This document shows positions 59,548-64,000 of a stretch of 64,000 nt of DNA, piece by piece (the first letter of the stretch is position 1; each line of letters opens with the position of its first letter). Both the position numbers and the translations under genes were made by a program. The stretch comes from Camelus ferus. Taxonomy: Eukaryota. Below the pieces are notes generated by a model. It was not told the DNA's origin. It did not search any database and worked only from the letters and a program-made list of their open reading frames with translations. The DNA lies in assembly GCF_009834535.1 (NCBI RefSeq), contig NC_045697.1, forward strand, positions 6,574,001-6,638,000, given 5' to 3'.

Positions 59548-60399
59548 GTGTGTGCAATTTGCTGTTGCTGTTGCAACTAATCACCACATACTTTGTGGCT
59601 TAAAACAACACAAGATTATTATCTTGTTATTCTGGAGGTCAGAAGTATAGCCTGGCCTCATTGGGTTAAAATCAAAGGGTGTTCCTCTGGAGGCTGTAGA
59701 GAAGAATCTGCTTCTTTGCCTCTTCCAGATTCCAGAGGCTGCCCACATTCGTTGGCCCATGGTCTCCTCCTCCATCTTCAAAGTGCATCGCTCCAAGCTC
59801 TGCTTCTATTGCCACGTGTCTTTTTCTGATTGTGGGTCATTTGCTTCCCTCTTTTCACTCCTTCACATGGTGGGCAATTACACTGTACCCTCCAAGAACA
59901 TCCAGAATTATCTCTCTAGATTCAGATCTTTAATAAGTCTGTACAGTCCCTTTTGTCTTGTAAAATAACAAATTCAAAGGTTCTGCAGATTCAGATGAGA
60001 CTGTCTTTGTAGGTATCACTGCTATTAAAATTGTTATGTAATAGTTGCCCCTCCCCCCCAAATTCATATGTAGAAACCCAATCCCCCGGGTGAAGGTAAT
60101 TGGAGGTGGAGTCTTTAGAAGATGATTAGGTCATGAGGTTGGAGTCCTCATGAATGGGATTAGTGCCCTCAAAGAAACCTCGGGAGCTCCTTTTCCCTTC
60201 TGTCATGTAAGGACAGAGGTTAAAGATGGAGTCTGTGACCCAAGGAGGGGGCTCTCACCAGACACTAAATCTGCTGGTGCATTGATCTTGGACTCAGCCC
60301 CCAGAGTTATAAGAAATAGATTTCTGCTGTTTATAAGCCACTCAATCTATGATATTCTGTTATAGCTGCTTGAACTCACTAAGATATCTGTCTACCATA
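59548..60399 (-). mobile_element. MLT1D-like MaLR LTR, interrupted near its 5' end
   Basis: GTGGCTTAAAACAACACAA...TTCTGGAGGTCAGAAGT...GAGAAGAATCTG...CTCCATCTTCAAAG...ATCCAGAATTATCTC; terminal remnant TCTGTCTACCATA at 60387-60399. Confidence 0.8.
60020..60386 (+). mobile_element. MLT1A-like MaLR solo LTR
   Basis: CCCCCAAATTCATATGTAGAAACC...TTAGGTCATGAGG...CTCATGAATGGGATTAGTGCCC...TTTCTGCTGTTTATAAGCCAC...CTAAGATA. Confidence 0.88.
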
Positions 60400-62054
60400 G
60401 TGTGTGATATAATTGGCTTAAAATGAGTGAGTCAAAGGAGAAGCAGCCAGAATAGTCAGTGTGGGGTGTTGGTGGGGATGGGAGTAGCAGGTAGCAGGTC
60501 ACACGTCCAGTGATCTGGAGGAAGAGTAAGAAGTCAGATGGAGACAGGTGTGCCGAGGGCCCTGAGGGATGCCAGAGATGAGAAATCCCCTGTACAGGCT
60601 GCCATGTTAGTGTAATCTAGGAGGCTTGCCCACATCCAACCACCATGAAGGGGTTTCCTGTAAAATGCAGCCTTTTCACCAAATCTGAATGATGAGTAGG
60701 AAATAAATGGGAAAGAAGAGTGGAGGGAGAGCATTTCAGGCAGAGGGATCAACCTGTGGAAAAGTCAGTGCTGTGATGGGGAGCGAGCACAGTAAATATG
60801 AGAAGCTGACGGGTGACATGGTGGCCAGGCTCGAGGAGAGAGAGCTGAGGGAAAATGTCAGGATGAAGACAGACAGTGCCTTTCCCGTGGCTTGGAAGAC
60901 CCTGCATCTCCTGATTACTGTCTGATTCAATTGCCTCTTCTTTTAAGGGGAATGAGAAGACAAAATGGATTCTAAGCAGAGGAGGATCTCCCAGGGGTCA
61001 AAGCCTCGAGCTTAGGAAAGTAACGGCAGCTCTGAGAATTCAGGTAGCACCCTGCTGGAGGGAGCAATTTCAGGTGAGCAGGGCCCATTGAAATCTCACC
61101 TGTTTCTAGACAGTTCCTCATCAGTAGCGTCTTCATGATGACAGACAGTAACACATCGGCACAGAGTTTTTTGGAAGCTTGAGAGAAAAACAATTTAACT
61201 TTGCCAAGTGTCTTTTTCACGATCTAAAAACGACCTTCAAGTTGATACGCTTTGCAGGTTGTTTAATATGCGAGAGGGGTTGCAAATTATGAATTATGTC
61301 TTTGTCATCGTCTTGATTTCTGTGCAATTAAGGCTATTCGCTTCCTTTCTTCTAGGTAACACCAGAGTTAGGGGGCCTGTGACTGTGAATACTATGAATA
61401 CCTGTGATAGTTTTTCACCGTAGTTGTTGTCCTGGCATTCAAGTTCTTCCCTGGCTATGCCCATTCTAGCTTTCCAAACTATTCTAATATTCCCAGAGTG
61501 AATTCTATATTCCAGCCAGATATCTTTATTTTCTATTTCCCTGAATAAACATTTTACTTCCTTACCTCCCTGCCTTTCCTCCTGCCATCATCCCACCCAC
61601 CATCCCTGGAACAGACAACCCCCTCTTCAGAGCCCCTGTGCTTGCAGCACTCAGTGAAGCTTTTCCTAACTGAGCCAAGATGCAAAACAGTCTTCCCCCT
61701 TAGTTCTTCTGACATTTTTGGGGCAGTGATGTGGGGTGGAGGAACATGAACTTTGAAATTCATAAGTCCAGGCTGGCTGTTGAATAGCTTGAAGGAAATG
61801 ATCTAGTCCCTCTGATTTTCATTTTCTCTACTTTCAAATCAGCAAACCAAAGCAAAATGAAACTGTATTCAAGAGGGAAAATGCTCTTCAACAACCATCT
61901 TCCTACACTTTGTTCTGCTTTCTTAAGGACTGGAAAAGTGTCTTTAGGGTTAGTTGGCTATATTTACCAATATGCCTTGATGGATCCAATTGGGTGTGAA
62001 AGTTGATGACTTCCTCTGCCCAAAGGCAATGTCAAAATAGAAGAGCAAGGACAA

Positions 62055-62493
62055 AATAGTTAAGGTTCTTAGAAGAACAGAAATAATAGGACACACATTC
62101 TCTTACACACACACATACACACACACATATTCATATATATATGAATTTTATTTTAAAGAATTGGCTCATTCAGCTATGGATATGGCAAATCTAAAATCTT
62201 CAGGGAGGCAGCCTGGAAATTCTACCAAGAGTTGATGCTGCAGTCTTGAGTCCAAAGGCAGTCTGGAGGCATCCTTCCTCATTGGGGGACACCAGTCTTT
62301 TCTCTTTAAGGTTTTCAGCTAATTGGAATAAGCCTACCCACATCATGAAGGATTATCTGCTTTACTCAACATCTAATGAGTTAAATGTTAATCCCATTTA
62401 AAAATACTTTCATAACAATATTTAGACTGCTGCTTGACCAAAGAAGTAGATACCATAGCCCAGACAAGTTGACGCATACAATTAACCATCACA
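62055..62493 (-). mobile_element. MLT2C-like ERVL LTR
   Basis: (CA)n tract, AAGAATTGGCTCA...GTTGATGCTGCAGTCTTGAGTCC...TCTGCTTTACTCAA..., ending CAAGTTGACGCATACAATTAACCATCACA. Confidence 0.85.
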
Positions 62494-63494
62494 AGAAGTG
62501 TTATGTTCTGCTAAGAACTTCACAGGAATTAGAAGTTCCCGAGGGCAGCTAAAGAAGCTGGAAGTAGTTGTGGAAAAGTGGTAGAAGTAGCAGAGCTCAA
62601 GATATTTGAGGCTGTCTTAGAGAGGGGGCCCTGCGCAACATGATAGAAAGTAATCAAGAATGAGAAGACGCCAGTGAGATTTCCCCAATATTATACGAGG
62701 CAAAGTGGCTAAGTATGCCCAAATATTTATTATTTTAGGAATATCATTCTATGGTGTGTTCAGTAAAATCCTTACCTGTTAATCCCAAACCTCCAGTAAT
62801 CTCTGAAAAGTATTTATTTTGTGGTCACTTTGGAGAACTAAAGGAGAAAGGGGCTGTCTGGATATCTGAGTTGTATGACAACAAATCCACTATAGGAAAT
62901 GAGACAGAAATGAGACCTGCAGTCCAGCAGAGGAAGGAAACTGGAGCTAGAATGGAATAGGAGGTGAAGTCACTAGACCTCTCATGGCAGACGATGGGTT
63001 CTCTACTTTATGGAGAATGAGGTATAAGCTATTTTATTGAAACTTCAGGACATGTGACCTCAGAAGACAAGAACATTTAAGGATACTTAGGCGAGTGACA
63101 TCTGGGTTTCAACATTTTGCAGAATTTCTGGGATAATTAAATTAGGAGCATATCTCCAGACTTAGACAAAGCCTAGCACATAGCAGGGACTCAGTAAACA
63201 GCAATGTTTGTTGTTTGTACCTTCACCATAAGCATTAACATGTAATAGTTATTTGTGAACATGTCTTATCTGTCTTATCTTTGTGATTACTTTGTAATTC
63301 CTAAAATACAGAGACTGTGTCTCACCGGCCATTTCATAAAGATTCATAGACACTTGTGACTTGAAAGCACAGTGCAGAACACCTGGGAGACACCAAGATG
63401 AACCCACTGATCTCTCACATGGATTCATAATTTGAAAGGGGGGATAAAGTGCACATAGATGATTTCAGTGATTTCAACTACGAGAGTTACAAAG

Positions 63495-63680
63495 CAGCTT
63501 CTCAAACAGTGGCCCTTGATTTTTTTTTTCCTTGACCCATACAAAGCTTTAATGTTTTATTTTTTTCAATTTGGTTCAATATTTCAAAATCTGGAAGTTT
63601 TACATAAAAATCAGGAATTCGTTGAAGTTTCTTTTGAAAAAATGGGAAATGTGCCTATTGTAGTCCCAGTACCAATGGGT
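63495..63680. mobile_element. MER102-like hAT-Charlie fragment
   Basis: TTTTACATAAAAATCAGGAATT...TTCTTTTGAAAAAATGGGAA resembles MER102. Confidence 0.5.
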
Positions 63681-64000
63681 CTTTAATAATGTTAAATGAA
63701 TTAAATGAGTTAATGAATAAATTAAGAAATAAAGAATGACTAAGTGTAGTCACCAGTATATCAAAATTCTGTTTGCTCTAAGAAAGCAAGAACTGTCTGT
63801 CTTGTATGTCTTTATACCCACAGTACATCAGAACATAACATTGGCTCAACACACATTTATTGACTTAACGATGAGTCTTCCCATGAAGGACAGTAGGTGA
63901 TCTGCAGAACCTGTTGATTTGAAAGCTCTGCTAGATGCCAAGGGAGGTGTCTAAAAGTAGCCTCCTGCTCCTTTGACCATATTTATGAGAAACTGAGGGT

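Noticed and set aside
1..64000. The 60-140 aa ORFs of the ORF track as protein-coding genes
   Set aside because: None shows a recognisable host protein domain. Many use non-ATG starts or lie in repeats or microsatellites. Only L1 ORF2 relics are recognisable.
1..64000. CRISPR array, operon or other prokaryotic-style system
   Set aside because: No regularly spaced repeat-spacer array and no gene-dense organisation; the sequence is mammalian repeat-rich DNA.

Overview
This is mammalian nuclear DNA, very probably camelid (alpaca/llama/camel). The evidence is two tRNA-Ala-derived vic-1-type SINEs and several young L1 3' ends of one lineage-specific family. I find no recognisable host protein-coding gene, rRNA, true tRNA or CRISPR array. 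The only ORF with a recognisable product is a decayed L1 ORF2 C-terminus; the rest are chance or repeat-derived frames. The window reads as intergenic or deep-intronic sequence made of ancient eutherian repeats (MIR, L2, MaLR/MLT1, MLT2, hAT MER5/20/58/63/102, old L1M), an artiodactyl MER41-like ERV1 solo LTR, and younger L1/SINE insertions, many with readable target-site duplications (TSDs). The best-supported observations are retrotransposition footprints: a twin-primed 5'-inverted L1, an L1 with a short 3' transduction, an L1 insertion with apparent target deletion, and four L1s within 3.4 kb. Weaker, inferential signals are several dense transcription-factor motif clusters in unique DNA and a few candidate non-coding exons. 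I see no evidence of a new biological system. Repeat subfamily names come from my recollection of consensus sequences and need RepeatMasker/Dfam confirmation; boundaries of old repeats are approximate.
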